From the NCBI GenBank assembly GCA_963751275.1, contig CAVVTZ010000007.1, positions 352,001-416,000 on the forward strand: a stretch of DNA of 64,000 nt, written 5' to 3'. A model generated the notes under the pieces. It saw only the letters and a list, made by a program, of their open reading frames with translations. It ran no database searches and had not been told where the DNA came from. This DNA is from an uncultured Gemmatimonadaceae bacterium (lineage in GTDB: Bacteria > Gemmatimonadota > Gemmatimonadetes > Gemmatimonadales > Gemmatimonadaceae). How positions within the stretch are numbered: position 1 is the stretch's first letter; every line of letters starts with the position of its first letter. Of this stretch, positions 28,775-39,759 are shown piece after piece. The translations under genes and the position numbers were made by a program.

Positions 28775-30980
28775 TCATTGCACATCCACGATGATCATGG
28801 CGACGACCGCCGCGGCGTCGCAAGGCGCGGCGCCGTCGCCGGCCGCGTGGATCGCACCGAATTCCGTGAGCGCGCGCAGCCACGCCTCATCGGCCAGCGG
28901 TGCGCCGGCCAGTGTCTCGAGGATGCGCTCGGCGCCGACGCCGAACGGCGTCGTCACCACGCGGCGCGCGCGGGCCGCGAGCGGCGCGATGAGCGCGCGC
29001 CGGTGGTGCGGGGCGCGCTGCGCGATCCCCGCGATGCGCCGCAGCGCGGAACGCCGCGAGGCGGCGCGGAAGATGGCGGCGCTGCCGACGGCGTGGGCCG
29101 CGCCGCGCCGCTCGAGCCAGCGCGCGGCCGCGGCGAGCGCCTGCTGGACCGCGGCGTGATCCACTGGCGCATCGCGCGCCGCCGCCGCGACGCCGGCCGC
29201 GGCGAGGAGCGCCTCCGGATCCTCGGAGAGGGCTCCGCCATCGCGTGCGGCGGCGAGCACGGCCGACTCGCCGTCGCGCGCGAGCACGATCAGGGCGCGC
29301 GCGCCGCCCACGCCCGCGCATACCGCCGGCGCTCGGGCGGGCGCGACGCTCGCGGCGCGCCACGCGCCGATGGCGTCGTGCAGCGACTGCAGTGTGCGCG
29401 CGGCAGCCGGGCCCGCGTCCGCCGGCGGCCCGAGCGATGGAAGGATCGCGCCCGCGATCCCGGTGACGCGGCCGGCCGCGCGCAGCTTCTCGTGCAGCCG
29501 CCGCTCCACTTCCAGCAGCCGCTCCGACGCGGCCGGCGGCGCGAACGCGTACACCGCGGTGCGTGCGTGCGGCGCGCCGAGGCGCCGCGAGCGGCCCACG
29601 CGCTGCTCGAGCCGGGCGGGCGTCCACGGGAGATCGAGAATGCACGACCACCGATGCGTCACCAAGGTCGAGTCCTTCGCTGAGCAGGTCGGTGGTGATC
29701 AGCAGATCGATCCGGTCGGCGGCGCGCGGCGCCGGCGCGCCGAGTGCGCGCGGCGCGAATCGGGCGAGCGCCTCCCGGCGCGAGAGCGTGCCGCCCGCTA
29801 CGCGCGCGCCGCGCGCCGTGAGCGCGGCCACTCCGCCGGTTGCCGCGAGCTCGCGGTAGTACGCGAGCGCCGTGTCCGCGAACTGCGTGAAGGCGACGAC
29901 GCGCTCACCCGGGTGGGCGCGCTGGATCTCGCGGAGCTGTGCGGCGCGCGCGGTGTCGACGGCCGGCTCCTCGCGGGCGCGGCGGGCGAGCGCGCGTAGG
30001 GCGGTCTCGTGCCGCCGGAGCGCCGCGAGCAGCGGCGCCGTGCCGGGATGCTCGCCGCTCACGAGCGAAGGGAAGGCGAGCTGGATCACGTCATCCGCGG
30101 CGGACCAGGCGGTGAGCTCCGTGCCGCTGGGATAGCAGCCTTCCTCCAGCGCGGCGCCGAGCGCCGCGGCGCGGCCGAGCCGGCGTCGCAGCGCACCCAG
30201 GAGCGCGGCGCGGCTCGACGCCCACTGGCGGGCGAGTCCCCACGCGACGAGCGCGCCGCCGTCGCCGCCATCCGATGGCGGCACCGGCGGCGGGAGCGCG
30301 ACGATGTCGCGGAGCACTTGCTCGTCATCGCCGGTCGCGATCCACCGCGGAGGCGCGAGCGCCGGGAGCGCGCCGGGCGCGAGATCCGCATGCGTGCGGC
30401 GCACCACGCATCGCGCGAGTTCCGCATCCTCCATCGCCCAGGCGCGCGCGCCGAGGAAGAGCGCGAGGATGGCGGCGAGATCATCGCGCGAGTTATGCAC
30501 GGGCGTGGCGGTGAGCGCGAGCACGCGGGCGCCGGTGGTGAGTCGCGCGAGCGCGGCATACCGGCGGGCGCCCGGCGTGCGCGCATGATGCGCCTCATCG
30601 AGCACGACGAGCGTGAACGCCCCGGCCGGCACGCGGCCGCGGCTGAGCGCGGTGTAGCTGGCGAACTCTGCCGTGGCGCCCGAGGCGGCGAGTGCGCGGC
30701 GCCACATGTCGCGCAACGAGGCGGGCGCCACGACGAGCGCACGCTCGGCATCGCGGATGAGCGCGGCGGCGACATAGGTCTTGCCGAGACCGACATCATC
30801 GGCGAGCAGCGCGCCGCCGGACGCATCGATCGTCGCGCGCAACCGCGCGACGGCCTCTCGCTGGTGCGGACGGAGCGTGATCGCGCCCGCGCGCTCGCGG
30901 GGCTGCGAAGGTTCCAGCCATTCGCGCGCGATCAGCGCGCGCACCGCGGCGAGCGGCGCGGCGGTCAGCGTGCGTTCCAT
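28775..30980 (-). CDS. SNF2-family helicase/ATPase; frameshift near 29640
   Basis: LRPHQ, LADDVGLGKT, DEAH, TATP, TDLLSEGLDL, DLPWTPARLEQRVGR. Confidence 0.88.
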
Positions 30981-33900
30981 CCGAGCAGCGGATCGAGGTC
31001 GGCGCGCCGCAGGCGAAAGGCGCGCACGGCGGCGTTCAGGAGCTCATCGGCGGTCACATCGCCATGCTCGGTCGCACGCTCGGCGAGGGGCGCGAGGATG
31101 TCGCGGGCGCGCGGCCAGTCGCGCGGGAGCGGCAGGAGCGAGACGGTCCACGCGAGAAAACGTTTGTACCCACCGCGCGCCGGCTCGGCGATCGCGCCCA
31201 GCCACGCGGCCGCGAGCGGAGAGTTCAGCAGTGCGGCGAGCGCGGCCGCATCGCGAGGATCCGCGCAGGGAAGCACGTAGCAGGAATTGAGCGCGACCGT
31301 CGTGTCGCCGGGCGGCAGGATGAGCGCGCGCGGCGCGCGGCCCATGTCCGCCCACACGACGCGCGTGACGTCGGAGCGCGCGCCGGCGACGCGGAAGAGC
31401 GTCCACCACGCCTGCGCGCGCCGCGCGTCGGAGCGGCGGGCGAGCTCGCGGCGCCAATGCGAGAACCAGTGCGCCGCATGCACCGGGAGGCGCGCGAGCG
31501 GCGCGCCGTCGCGGCCGTGCGTCCAGATCAGGAATTCCGCCGGACCCTCGGCGCTCCACGGCGTGACGTGCTCGCCGCGCAGGAGCGGGCGCAGCAGCGC
31601 GCGTTCGACCGCCCCGCGGCGCCCGCCGCTCCGCACTTCGGCGAGGCCATTCACGCCGCCCGCGAGCGAGACGACGAACGCGTCGTTGCATCCGCACTTC
31701 ACGCCGAGCAACGGCGAGCCCAGCGGCGAACTCGCGAGCGGGATGCCGGCGCGGGCGACGCGATCGAACGCCTCGCGCACGGGCGGCGGGAGCGCGAGCC
31801 ATGGGCTCGCCGGATCCCCGTCGAGCGCGAGCCGCTCCGCCGCGATCGGCCAGCGCAGGGTGCCGTGCTTGCCGTGGAACGCCGCCTCCACGGCGGGTGC
31901 ATGCACGCGAGCGCCGCCTTCGCGCCGGCGCGCCACGAGCTGCGAGGGATAGACCGCGGCGTCGAACGCATGCGGCGACTCGGTCCAATCCTCGAGCGCG
32001 AGCAGGGTGGCGCGTTCAGTGAGCAGACGACGGAGCCCGCCGCCGGCGAGCGAGCGCCAGAGTTTTGCGGGCAGGAGGAGCGCGAGCGTGCCGCCTTCGC
32101 GCAGCAGGTCCACCGAGCGCTCGACGAAGAGCGCGGCGAGGTCCACTTGCGCGGCGAATCCCGCGCCCGCGCGCGCGGCCGCCGCGCCGCGCTCCCAGGC
32201 GGCGGTACGAAAAACCGTGAAGCGCTCGCGGAGCGCCGCACGCGCGGCCGGCGGGATGCGGTGCAGCCGCACCCACGGCGGGTTCCCGATGATCGCATCG
32301 AAGCCGCCGCGCGCCGGAACGTCCGGGAAATGCGTGAGCCAGTTGAAGGGGAGCGCGCCGCCCGCGGCCAGCGACCGCCGCGCCGCCGCGATCGCACGCC
32401 CCGCGGCGCGTGCGGCGGCGAGATGCGCGGTGTCATCGCGCGTGGCGCGGATCCGGTCGCCGAACAGATCGCGCCCCCGGAGCGCCGCGATCAGATCGCG
32501 CCGGACGGCGCCGTTCCGCGCTGCCGCCGCATCGAGGTGGGCGAGTGCGAGCGAGCGTTCGGCGCGGTCCAGCGCGCGGTGGAGGGTGCGCTTGCGCGCG
32601 CCCGTCGCGCGCGCGTATCGCTCGCGCAGCCGCTCGATCGCCGCGCCGCCGCGCGGCGGCACGCGCTCACCCGCGAACGCCGGCCCGGACAGCGCATCGC
32701 CCACCCGGATGTTGCGATCGAGGTTCGGCAGCGGCGGCACGGCCGACGGGTCGCGCTCCCCGCTCTCGATCACCACCGAGAGCCAGAGCCGGAGTTCGCA
32801 GAGCCAGACGGCCGTGGGATTCACATCCACGCCGAAGATCGCGCGCGTGAGGAACTCACGGCGGATCTCCGCGACCGGGCGCGCGTCGCCCAGGCGCATG
32901 GCAAGGTCGGACATCGTCTCCAGCGCGTGCACGAGGAACGCGCCCGATCCGCACGACGGGTCGAGCAGCCGCACCTCGCGCAGCCGCGCGCCCAGCGGTT
33001 CGCGAGCGCCCGCCGGTACGGACTCACCCGCCAGCGCGCGATCGATCGCGCCACCGGCCACGCCGTTCCCGCGCAGCGCCGACGCCAGCGCCGCGCGCGT
33101 GACGGCCGCGACGATGGGCTGCGGCGTGTAGAACGCGCCGCTGCTCCGCCGGTCGCGCGCTGACATGAGCGACTCGAACGCCTTGCCGAGCATCTCGGGA
33201 TCGATCGCCGCCTCGCTCCACGCCGCGGAATCCTCGCGCGCGGTGAAGCGATAGCGCAGCAGCAGGCCGCCGAGCACATCGCCGAGCGCGTCGTCGGGAA
33301 AGATCAGCTTCGCGCGGCGCTCGAGCGGGGTGCGCGCGAACAGGCCGCCATTGAGGAACGGGATGCGCCCCTGCGCGCGCGCGACGGCGGCGCGGTGCCG
33401 CGGCGGCGTGTTCAGTGTGCCGAAGAAGAGCGGCAGCAGCACGCGGCGGTGGAAGTGGCCGCCGCGCTCCATGCAGCCGGTGAAGCGGTGCTCGAGGAAT
33501 CGCGGATCGCCATCGAGCCAGCCTTTCGCCTCGAGGAACACCAGGAAGAGCAGGCGGCTTAGGTCGAGGATGGCGATCGCGCGGCGGTCCTCGGCGTTCG
33601 CGCGGCCGATCGCGCCGGCGGCGAGCGAGGACACCGTACCTTCGAGCGCGCGGTAGAAGCGGCGCGTCAGCGCATCGCGGCCGAGCACTTCCAGCCAGAG
33701 CGCGTGCGCGAGCAGGTCGGCGGCCTCCGGCGCGCCGGCGAGCGCGCGAAGCGTTTCCGCATCGCTTGGCGTGATCTGCGCGCGATGGGCGAGGAGCGCG
33801 GCAATGCGGGGGCGCCCGCGCGCATCGTGTTGCCAGGCGGCGAGCGCAATCTCATCCGAGCCGGCGCAGGCGACCAGCCAGAGGAGGTGCGGCGCGCGGT

Positions 33901-34162
33901 TCGCCAGCCGCCCCGCGATCGCGGTGATCCGGTCGCGGAGGGGTGCGCCCGGCTCCGCGAGCACGAGCAGCGCACGGAGCGTACCGGCGCCAGCGATGAT
34001 CCGCGCCTCGCGTGCGAGTCCGTCCAGGCCCAGCGCACCGCACATCGCCGGATCGATGGACAGGGGTGCGCCGCGGAATCCCGCCGCCGCGGCGAGCGGC
34101 GTGAGCGCATCGAGGGAACCGGCGGCGGCGAGGAGATCGGCCGCGGAGCGGAGCGTGAGCAC
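30965..34162 (-). CDS. Large N6-adenine DNA methyltransferase (Eco57I/Type IIG-like)
   Basis: FLNGGLF, IDPEMLGKAFE, GAFYTP, DPSCGSG (motif I), IFGVD, IIGNPPW (motif IV), C-terminal TRD-like region. Confidence 0.9.
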   Translation of the reverse strand: MLTLRSAADLLAAAGSLDALTPLAAAAGFRGAPLSIDPAMCGALGLDGLAREARIIAGAGTLRALLVLAEPGAPLRDRITAIAGRLANRAPHLLWLVACAGSDEIALAAWQHDARGRPRIAALLAHRAQITPSDAETLRALAGAPEAADLLAHALWLEVLGRDALTRRFYRALEGTVSSLAAGAIGRANAEDRRAIAILDLSRLLFLVFLEAKGWLDGDPRFLEHRFTGCMERGGHFHRRVLLPLFFGTLNTPPRHRAAVARAQGRIPFLNGGLFARTPLERRAKLIFPDDALGDVLGGLLLRYRFTAREDSAAWSEAAIDPEMLGKAFESLMSARDRRSSGAFYTPQPIVAAVTRAALASALRGNGVAGGAIDRALAGESVPAGAREPLGARLREVRLLDPSCGSGAFLVHALETMSDLAMRLGDARPVAEIRREFLTRAIFGVDVNPTAVWLCELRLWLSVVIESGERDPSAVPPLPNLDRNIRVGDALSGPAFAGERVPPRGGAAIERLRERYARATGARKRTLHRALDRAERSLALAHLDAAAARNGAVRRDLIAALRGRDLFGDRIRATRDDTAHLAAARAAGRAIAAARRSLAAGGALPFNWLTHFPDVPARGGFDAIIGNPPWVRLHRIPPAARAALRERFTVFRTAAWERGAAAARAGAGFAAQVDLAALFVERSVDLLREGGTLALLLPAKLWRSLAGGGLRRLLTERATLLALEDWTESPHAFDAAVYPSQLVARRREGGARVHAPAVEAAFHGKHGTLRWPIAAERLALDGDPASPWLALPPPVREAFDRVARAGIPLASSPLGSPLLGVKCGCNDAFVVSLAGGVNGLAEVRSGGRRGAVERALLRPLLRGEHVTPWSAEGPAEFLIWTHGRDGAPLARLPVHAAHWFSHWRRELARRSDARRAQAWWTLFRVAGARSDVTRVVWADMGRAPRALILPPGDTTVALNSCYVLPCADPRDAAALAALLNSPLAAAWLGAIAEPARGGYKRFLAWTVSLLPLPRDWPRARDILAPLAERATEHGDVTADELLNAAVRAFRLRRADLDPLLGWNAR

Positions 34163-34239
34163 GCGACACGCTGTCGCGCCCGCGGCCGGGAACCGCCATC
34201 GACTTTATGCGCCGCGCGTCATCGCACCGCGCGGAACGT

Positions 34240-35460
34240 CTACCCGGTCACGTACCCGCGCCCCTTCCACTCCACGCGCCGGCCGCGCGCCATCGCGCGC
34301 AGGATGATGTAGAGCACCACCGCGGCGCCGAGCGGGAAGGTGAAGGCGTACAGCGGTGAGAAGCCGGCCACCGCCGCGTACATCAGCGCCCAGAACACGA
34401 TCATCACGCCCGTGGTGAGCAGTGCCCACGCCGCGAGGTTCGGGCTCACCGGGACGAAGAATTGCGCCAGCAGCATCACCGGCGGCGCAAGCACCATGAG
34501 CGGCGGCACCGGCAGGAGCATCGGGAGCACGAGCGCGCCGAGCTTGCCGCCGGGCGCCGCGTCGGGCGACGCGGTCCAGATATTCTTGGTCCAGCCATCG
34601 ATGATCTCGCGCAGCGAGGTGTACATGCGCGTCGCGAGATGGTCCACGCCGATGAGCAGCTCGGTGCGCTGGCCCATCACGAACGCCCGCTGCGCGAGCG
34701 CGAGGTCCTCCGCGGGTTTCGCGCGCACCGACGCGTGCCCGCCGATCTCCTCGTAGGAGCGGCGCGTCAGCAGCATGCACTGGCCGTTCGCGATCTTGTC
34801 CGCCGCGCGTTTCGAGTTGTTCACCTCGCCCGTGCCGCCGAAGCGCATCGCGATCATCGCGAACACGTGCGGCTGCACGACGCGCTCCCAGAACGTCTTC
34901 ATCTCCTGCCGGCCCACCACGCTGAGGAAGTCGACCGAACGGCCGCGCATCGCGTTCACGCAGCGGGAGAAGAGTTCGGGGCCGGGCGCGGTGTCGGCGT
35001 CCAGGAAGAGCAGGATCGATCCGCTCGCCGCCATCGCGCCGTTCTCGCACGCCCACTGCTTGCCGAACCAGCCGCCGGGCAGCGGCGGCGCTTCGATCAC
35101 GCGCACGCGCCGGTCACGCTCGGCGATCGCGCGCGCGAGCTCGCCCGTCTCGTCCTCGGAGCGGTCGTCCACGACGATCACTTCGATGGAGCGGTACGAG
35201 CCGCCCAGCACGCAGTTGAGACAGCGCTCGATGTTGCGCGCCTCGTTGCGCGCGGGAATGATCACCGAGAGCAGCGGCGCGCCGGGGGGCGGATCGCCGC
35301 TCTCGCCGTCGATCGTCCGGGAACCGTTCAGCCGTCCGATCATGATGAACGGCATCAGGATCCACGGGAGCGCCGCGAGCACCGGCCAGAGGGTGAGCTC
35401 CGCGGCCGCCGCCGCGAGCTTCTGCAGTGCGTCCAGCGCGAGAGCGAGAGCGGGCATCAC
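34240..35460 (-). CDS. GT2 glycosyltransferase (carotenoid glucosyltransferase CrtQ/CruC-like)
   Basis: SVIIPARNE, DDRSED, GWFGKQWAC, FLDAD, ANGQC, EDL, RMY...GWTKN. Confidence 0.85.
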   Translation of the reverse strand: MMPALALALDALQKLAAAAAELTLWPVLAALPWILMPFIMIGRLNGSRTIDGESGDPPPGAPLLSVIIPARNEARNIERCLNCVLGGSYRSIEVIVVDDRSEDETGELARAIAERDRRVRVIEAPPLPGGWFGKQWACENGAMAASGSILLFLDADTAPGPELFSRCVNAMRGRSVDFLSVVGRQEMKTFWERVVQPHVFAMIAMRFGGTGEVNNSKRAADKIANGQCMLLTRRSYEEIGGHASVRAKPAEDLALAQRAFVMGQRTELLIGVDHLATRMYTSLREIIDGWTKNIWTASPDAAPGGKLGALVLPMLLPVPPLMVLAPPVMLLAQFFVPVSPNLAAWALLTTGVMIVFWALMYAAVAGFSPLYAFTFPLGAAVVLYIILRAMARGRRVEWKGRGYVTG

Positions 35461-35527
35461 GCGCTGAAAGTACCGGGCGGGCGGGTGCCGCGCTATGATT
35501 CATGGGGCAACGATGCGTGGAGCGGTG

Positions 35528-35887
35528 ATGACGGAGCGCAGCGAAGACGACCTGGTGGCCGAGGCGCGCGAGCGGATCAGCGAGTTGGCGCCCGCCGATG
35601 CGATCGCGCGCCGCGACGCGGGCGGCGCGGTGTTCCTCGATGTGCGCGAGCTGAACGAGTGGAACCTCTTCCGCATCCCCGGCGCCACGCATATCCCGAT
35701 CGGCACGCTCGCCGCACAGGCCGCCGAGCGCGTGCCGCGCGACCGCGACGTGATCGTCTACTGCAACAAGGGGAACCGCTCGGTGCTCGCCACCGACCAG
35801 CTGCGCGCGATGGGCTGGGCGCGCGCGCATTCGCTCGCCGGCGGCGTGATGGCCTGGATGTCGGCCGGCGGCGAGCTCGAGGACTGA
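35528..35887 (+). CDS. Rhodanese-like protein
   Basis: LDVRE..EW...IPGA, VYCNKGNRS, LAGG..AW. Confidence 0.9.
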   Translation: MTERSEDDLVAEARERISELAPADAIARRDAGGAVFLDVRELNEWNLFRIPGATHIPIGTLAAQAAERVPRDRDVIVYCNKGNRSVLATDQLRAMGWARAHSLAGGVMAWMSAGGELED

Positions 35888-35892
35888 CCGCC

Positions 35893-36531
35893 GTGTCCGG
35901 CGCGGCGCTGGCGCCCGTGCTCGCGCATCCCCTCGTCGCGCGCCTGGCGGCATCGCTCACCGAGCGGCCCGGCGAACAGCTCGCGCTCTCCGATCCGCTG
36001 CGGCGCGCGGCGGTGGCGCTCATCCTGCGCGCGAGCGGCGCTGGCGCGCTCGAGTTCCTGCTCATCCGCCGCGCCGAATACGCGGGCGATCCGTGGAGCG
36101 GGCAGGTCGCGCTCCCGGGCGGCCGCCGCGAACCGGGCGACGGCTCGCTCGAAGAGACCGCGATCCGCGAGACGCGCGAGGAGACCGGCATCGACCTCGC
36201 GGCGCACGGCCGGATCCTCGGCCGCCTCGATGAATTGCAGCCGAGCAGCCCGGTGCTGCCGGCGATCGCGATCGCTCCCTACGTTGCAGTGCACGCGGGT
36301 GCGGCGGTGATGACGCTCAGCGCGGAGGTGGGCGGTTCGTTCTGGGTGCCGCTCGACGCGCTGCGCGACGCGCGCTCGTGGAGCGAAGTGACGATCGAGC
36401 TGCGCGGGATGCGCCGCGAGTTCCCCGGGTTCGTCTACGAGGGGAACGTCGTGTGGGGACTCACCGAGCGGATCCTGACGCAATTCCTCAAGCGGCTCGA
36501 TCCGGCGTGGGGTAGCCCGGCGCGCGCTTGA
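35893..36531 (+). CDS. Nudix CoA pyrophosphatase
   Basis: AAV, WSGQVALPGG, Nudix box ETAIRETREETG, VWGLT. Confidence 0.88.
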   Translation: MSGAALAPVLAHPLVARLAASLTERPGEQLALSDPLRRAAVALILRASGAGALEFLLIRRAEYAGDPWSGQVALPGGRREPGDGSLEETAIRETREETGIDLAAHGRILGRLDELQPSSPVLPAIAIAPYVAVHAGAAVMTLSAEVGGSFWVPLDALRDARSWSEVTIELRGMRREFPGFVYEGNVVWGLTERILTQFLKRLDPAWGSPARA

Positions 36532-37039
36532 GGCGCGCCACCTGGCGCAGGTGGTGCACGTGGTGCTTCTCGAGGAAGCGCAGCGTGTCCGCGATGTCCA
36601 TGTAGCCGCCCACGGGGTGGCGGTAGACGATCGCGCGCGCGGCCGCTTCGTCCATCCCCTCCAGGTACCCGCGGAGCGCCGCGCGCGCGTCGCCCCAGCG
36701 TTTCGCGGTCTCTGCGAGCGTCACCGAGGGATCGGGCGCCACGCCCTTCACCGGCATCTTCACGCGCACGTGCGTGAGCCAGAGAAGATCGAGCAGGCGC
36801 GCGCGGTAGACGACGTCGAGCACGGCGCGCCGCGGCACGCCGGTGACCCGGCGTTCGGTGAGCACGCGCGTGGTCTTGGCATCGACGAGCGTGAGGTGCT
36901 GCGCGACGTCGCCGAGCGACCAGGCGCCGGGCCCGGGGCGGAACGCGAGTTGCGCGGCGGCGAGCGCGGCGAGGTCATCGACGAGCGCGAGCCGCTGTCT
37001 TTCGATCGCGTCGAACCGGGTCTGCAGCGAGGGGAGCAT
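36488..37039 (-). CDS. DinB/YfiT-like metalloprotein
   Basis: P.PGAWS..V.QHL, HPV.G, H..HHLRQ. Confidence 0.85.
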   Translation of the reverse strand: MLPSLQTRFDAIERQRLALVDDLAALAAAQLAFRPGPGAWSLGDVAQHLTLVDAKTTRVLTERRVTGVPRRAVLDVVYRARLLDLLWLTHVRVKMPVKGVAPDPSVTLAETAKRWGDARAALRGYLEGMDEAAARAIVYRHPVGGYMDIADTLRFLEKHHVHHLRQVARLKRAPGYPTPDRAA

Positions 37040-37183
37040 GGCCGGACGGTGGACGGGAGGGTGCGATGACGGGACGCGGCTTCCGGCGGGAAAGGAAACA
37101 TGGGCGCCCATGCGGCGACAGGGAGGGCGGGGGGCGATCCGGCGGCGGGTCGCGATGTTGCGCGGCGCGCGCGCCGTTCGTAG

Positions 37184-37221
37184 TTTAGGAGCGCCTAAAT
37201 CATTTACTAGGCTTGCATAGT
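37184..37221. promoter_or_regulatory. MntR/DtxR-type operator (one perfect and one degenerate box)
   Basis: TTTAGG-agcg-CCTAAA at 37184-37199 and ACTAGG-cttg-CATAGT at 37206-37221, directly upstream of mntH in an operon containing mntR. Confidence 0.75.
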
Positions 37222-37238
37222 TTCCCGCGCCCGCCGCC

Positions 37239-38612
37239 ATGGACCCCGTAATCGCCCCGAGCCGCGAACCTGAGACCGCCCCGCCGCCGCCGCGCCCCGA
37301 GCTCGGGTGGCGGCGCCCGCGGCTCGCCCCCAGTCTCGCCGAAGCCTACCGCACGATCGCCGTGCCGCAGGCGTCCTGGTGGCGCAAGGCGTTCGCCTTC
37401 GCCGGCCCCGGCTATCTCGTCGCCGTCGGCTACATGGACCCCGGCAACTGGGCCACGGACCTCGCGGGCGGTTCGGCATATGGATACACCCTGCTCTCGG
37501 TGGTGCTGCTCTCGAACCTCCTCGCGGTCCTGCTGCAGGGGCTCGCGTCGAAGCTCGGCATCGCGACGGGACGCGACCTCGCGCAGGCCTGCCGCGATCA
37601 CTATCCGCGCCCGGTCGTCTGGTTCCTCTGGGTCATCTGCGAGCTCGCCATCGCCGCGTGCGACTTGGCCGAGGTGATCGGCGCCGCCATCGCGCTCAAC
37701 CTGCTCTTCCATATCCCGCTCGTCGCCGGCGTGCTGCTCACCGCGTTCGATGTGCTCGTCGTGCTCTGGCTGCAGCACCGCGGCTACCGGCTGCTCGAAG
37801 CGCTGGTGGTCGGCCTCATCGCGACGATCGGCTTTGGTTTCCTCTTCGAACTGATCATCTCTCGCCCCGATCTCGCCGGCGTCGCCGCGGGACTCCTGCC
37901 GCAGACGGTCATCCTGAAGGACCCGCAGATGCTCTACATCGCCATGGGCATCCTCGGCGCCACGGTGATGCCGCACAATCTCTACCTGCACTCGTCGATC
38001 GTGCAGACGCGGAAGTACGAGGAGAGCGCGGCGGGGAAGCGCGAAGCCGTGCGATTCGCGTTCCTCGACTCCACTGTCGCGCTCACGTTCGCGCTCTTCA
38101 TCAACGGGGCCATCCTCGTGGTGGCCGCCGCGACCTTCAATCGCGCGGGGATGCACGACGTCGCCGAGATCCAGCAGGCCTACAAGCTGCTGTCCCCCCT
38201 GCTCGGCGTGGGCGCCGCCAGCACGGTGTTCGCGCTGACGCTCCTGGCGTCCGGCCTCAACTCGACATTGACGGGAACGCTCGCGGGGCAGATTGTCATG
38301 GAGGGCTTCCTCAACCTCCGGCTCCGCCCCTGGCTGCGCCGCCTGATCACCCGCGGGATCGCGATCGTCCCGGCCGTGATCGTGGCGGCGCTGTACGGCG
38401 AGAGTGGAACGGCCAAGCTGCTCGTGATGAGCCAGGTGGTCTTGAGCGCGCAGCTCTCGTTCGCCGTCTTCCCGCTGGTGCGCTTCACGTCGGAGCGCGC
38501 CAAGATGGGAGAGTTCGTGAATGCGTGGTGGATGAAGGGACTCGCGTACCTCGTGGCATTCGGGATCGCCGGTTTGAACGGATGGCTCATGTACCAGATC
38601 TTCTTCGGGTGA
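37239..38612 (+). CDS. mntH: Nramp divalent metal transporter MntH
   Basis: [39 protein letters not shown]. Confidence 0.97.
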   Translation: MDPVIAPSREPETAPPPPRPELGWRRPRLAPSLAEAYRTIAVPQASWWRKAFAFAGPGYLVAVGYMDPGNWATDLAGGSAYGYTLLSVVLLSNLLAVLLQGLASKLGIATGRDLAQACRDHYPRPVVWFLWVICELAIAACDLAEVIGAAIALNLLFHIPLVAGVLLTAFDVLVVLWLQHRGYRLLEALVVGLIATIGFGFLFELIISRPDLAGVAAGLLPQTVILKDPQMLYIAMGILGATVMPHNLYLHSSIVQTRKYEESAAGKREAVRFAFLDSTVALTFALFINGAILVVAAATFNRAGMHDVAEIQQAYKLLSPLLGVGAASTVFALTLLASGLNSTLTGTLAGQIVMEGFLNLRLRPWLRRLITRGIAIVPAVIVAALYGESGTAKLLVMSQVVLSAQLSFAVFPLVRFTSERAKMGEFVNAWWMKGLAYLVAFGIAGLNGWLMYQIFFG

Positions 38613-38620
38613 CCGCCGGC

Positions 38621-39073
38621 ATGTACTCGCGCATCCTCGTACCGCTCGAGAACTCGCCGTACGACGATGCGATCCTCGCCCACGTGGCGCGGCTCGCGCA
38701 CGCCTGCGGCGCATCGATCCTGCTCATCCATGTCGCCGACGGCTTCGCCGCGCGCAACATGAAGCAGCTCGAGCTGCGCGAGAGCGAGGAGCTGCGCGCG
38801 GACCGGGCCTATCTCAAGCGGATGACGACATTCCTCGAGACGGCCGGCTTCAAGGTGGACTCGGTGCTCGCGGGCGGCGACCCGGTCACCGAGATCATCG
38901 CGGCGGCCGAGCGCGAGCACTGCGATCTCATCGCGATGTCCACGCACGGGCACCGCTTCTTCAAGGACCTGCTCTTCGGCAGCGTCGCCGAATCGGTGCG
39001 CCACCGCTGCACGATCCCCGTGCTGCTCGTGCGCGGCTCCGCCGAGTCCCGCGCGATCTGGGCCGCCACGTGA
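38621..39073 (+). CDS. Universal stress protein
   Basis: MYSRILVPL, GDP...I, DLIAMSTHG, GSVAESV, PVLLVR. Confidence 0.92.
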   Translation: MYSRILVPLENSPYDDAILAHVARLAHACGASILLIHVADGFAARNMKQLELRESEELRADRAYLKRMTTFLETAGFKVDSVLAGGDPVTEIIAAAEREHCDLIAMSTHGHRFFKDLLFGSVAESVRHRCTIPVLLVRGSAESRAIWAAT

Positions 39074-39759
39074 ACGCCGCGCCGCGCGCACCGGGCGCCG
39101 TCACCGCGCCCGTCGAGGATTACCTGAAGGCGATCTACGAACTGGAGCGCGCCGGCGATCCCGCGGGGACGAACGAGATCGCGCAGCGCCTGGCGATCGC
39201 GCCGGCCTCCGTGAGCGGCATGATCCGCCGCCTCGCGAAGCAGCGGCTCCTGGCGCACGAGCGCTATCGCGGCGTGCGCCTCACGGCCGCGGGCCGCCGC
39301 GTGGCGCTGCGCACGATCCGCCGCCACCGCGTGATCGAAGCCTACCTCACGCGCGCGCTCGGCTTCTCCTGGGACCGCGTGCACGACGAAGCCGAGCGCC
39401 TCGAGCACGCCGCGAGCGATGAGCTCGTGGACCGCATGGCCGCGGCGATCGGCGAGCCCGACACCGACCCGCACGGCGCGCCGATCCCCACGCGCGAGGG
39501 GAAGATCGCCGAACGGCCGATGCTCGCGCTCGATGCGCTCGCGCCGCGCGAGCGCGGGCGCGTCGTGGAGGTGAGCGACGAGGACGCGGAGCGCCTGCGC
39601 TATCTCGGCTCGCTCGGCCTCACGCCCGGCGCGCGGGTGCAGCTGCTGGAGCGCGCGCCGTACGGGGGGCCGCTGCGCCTGAAGGTGGGCGCGAAGGAAC
39701 GTGTCATCGGGGCCGAGCTCGCGGGCACCGTGCTCGTGGAGCGCGCCGCGGAGCCGTGA
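39070..39759 (+). CDS. mntR: DtxR/MntR family metal-dependent repressor with FeoA domain
   Basis: EDYLKAIY, RRHRVIE, EAERLEH, DPHGAPIP, FeoA tail. Confidence 0.93.
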   Translation: MNAAPRAPGAVTAPVEDYLKAIYELERAGDPAGTNEIAQRLAIAPASVSGMIRRLAKQRLLAHERYRGVRLTAAGRRVALRTIRRHRVIEAYLTRALGFSWDRVHDEAERLEHAASDELVDRMAAAIGEPDTDPHGAPIPTREGKIAERPMLALDALAPRERGRVVEVSDEDAERLRYLGSLGLTPGARVQLLERAPYGGPLRLKVGAKERVIGAELAGTVLVERAAEP

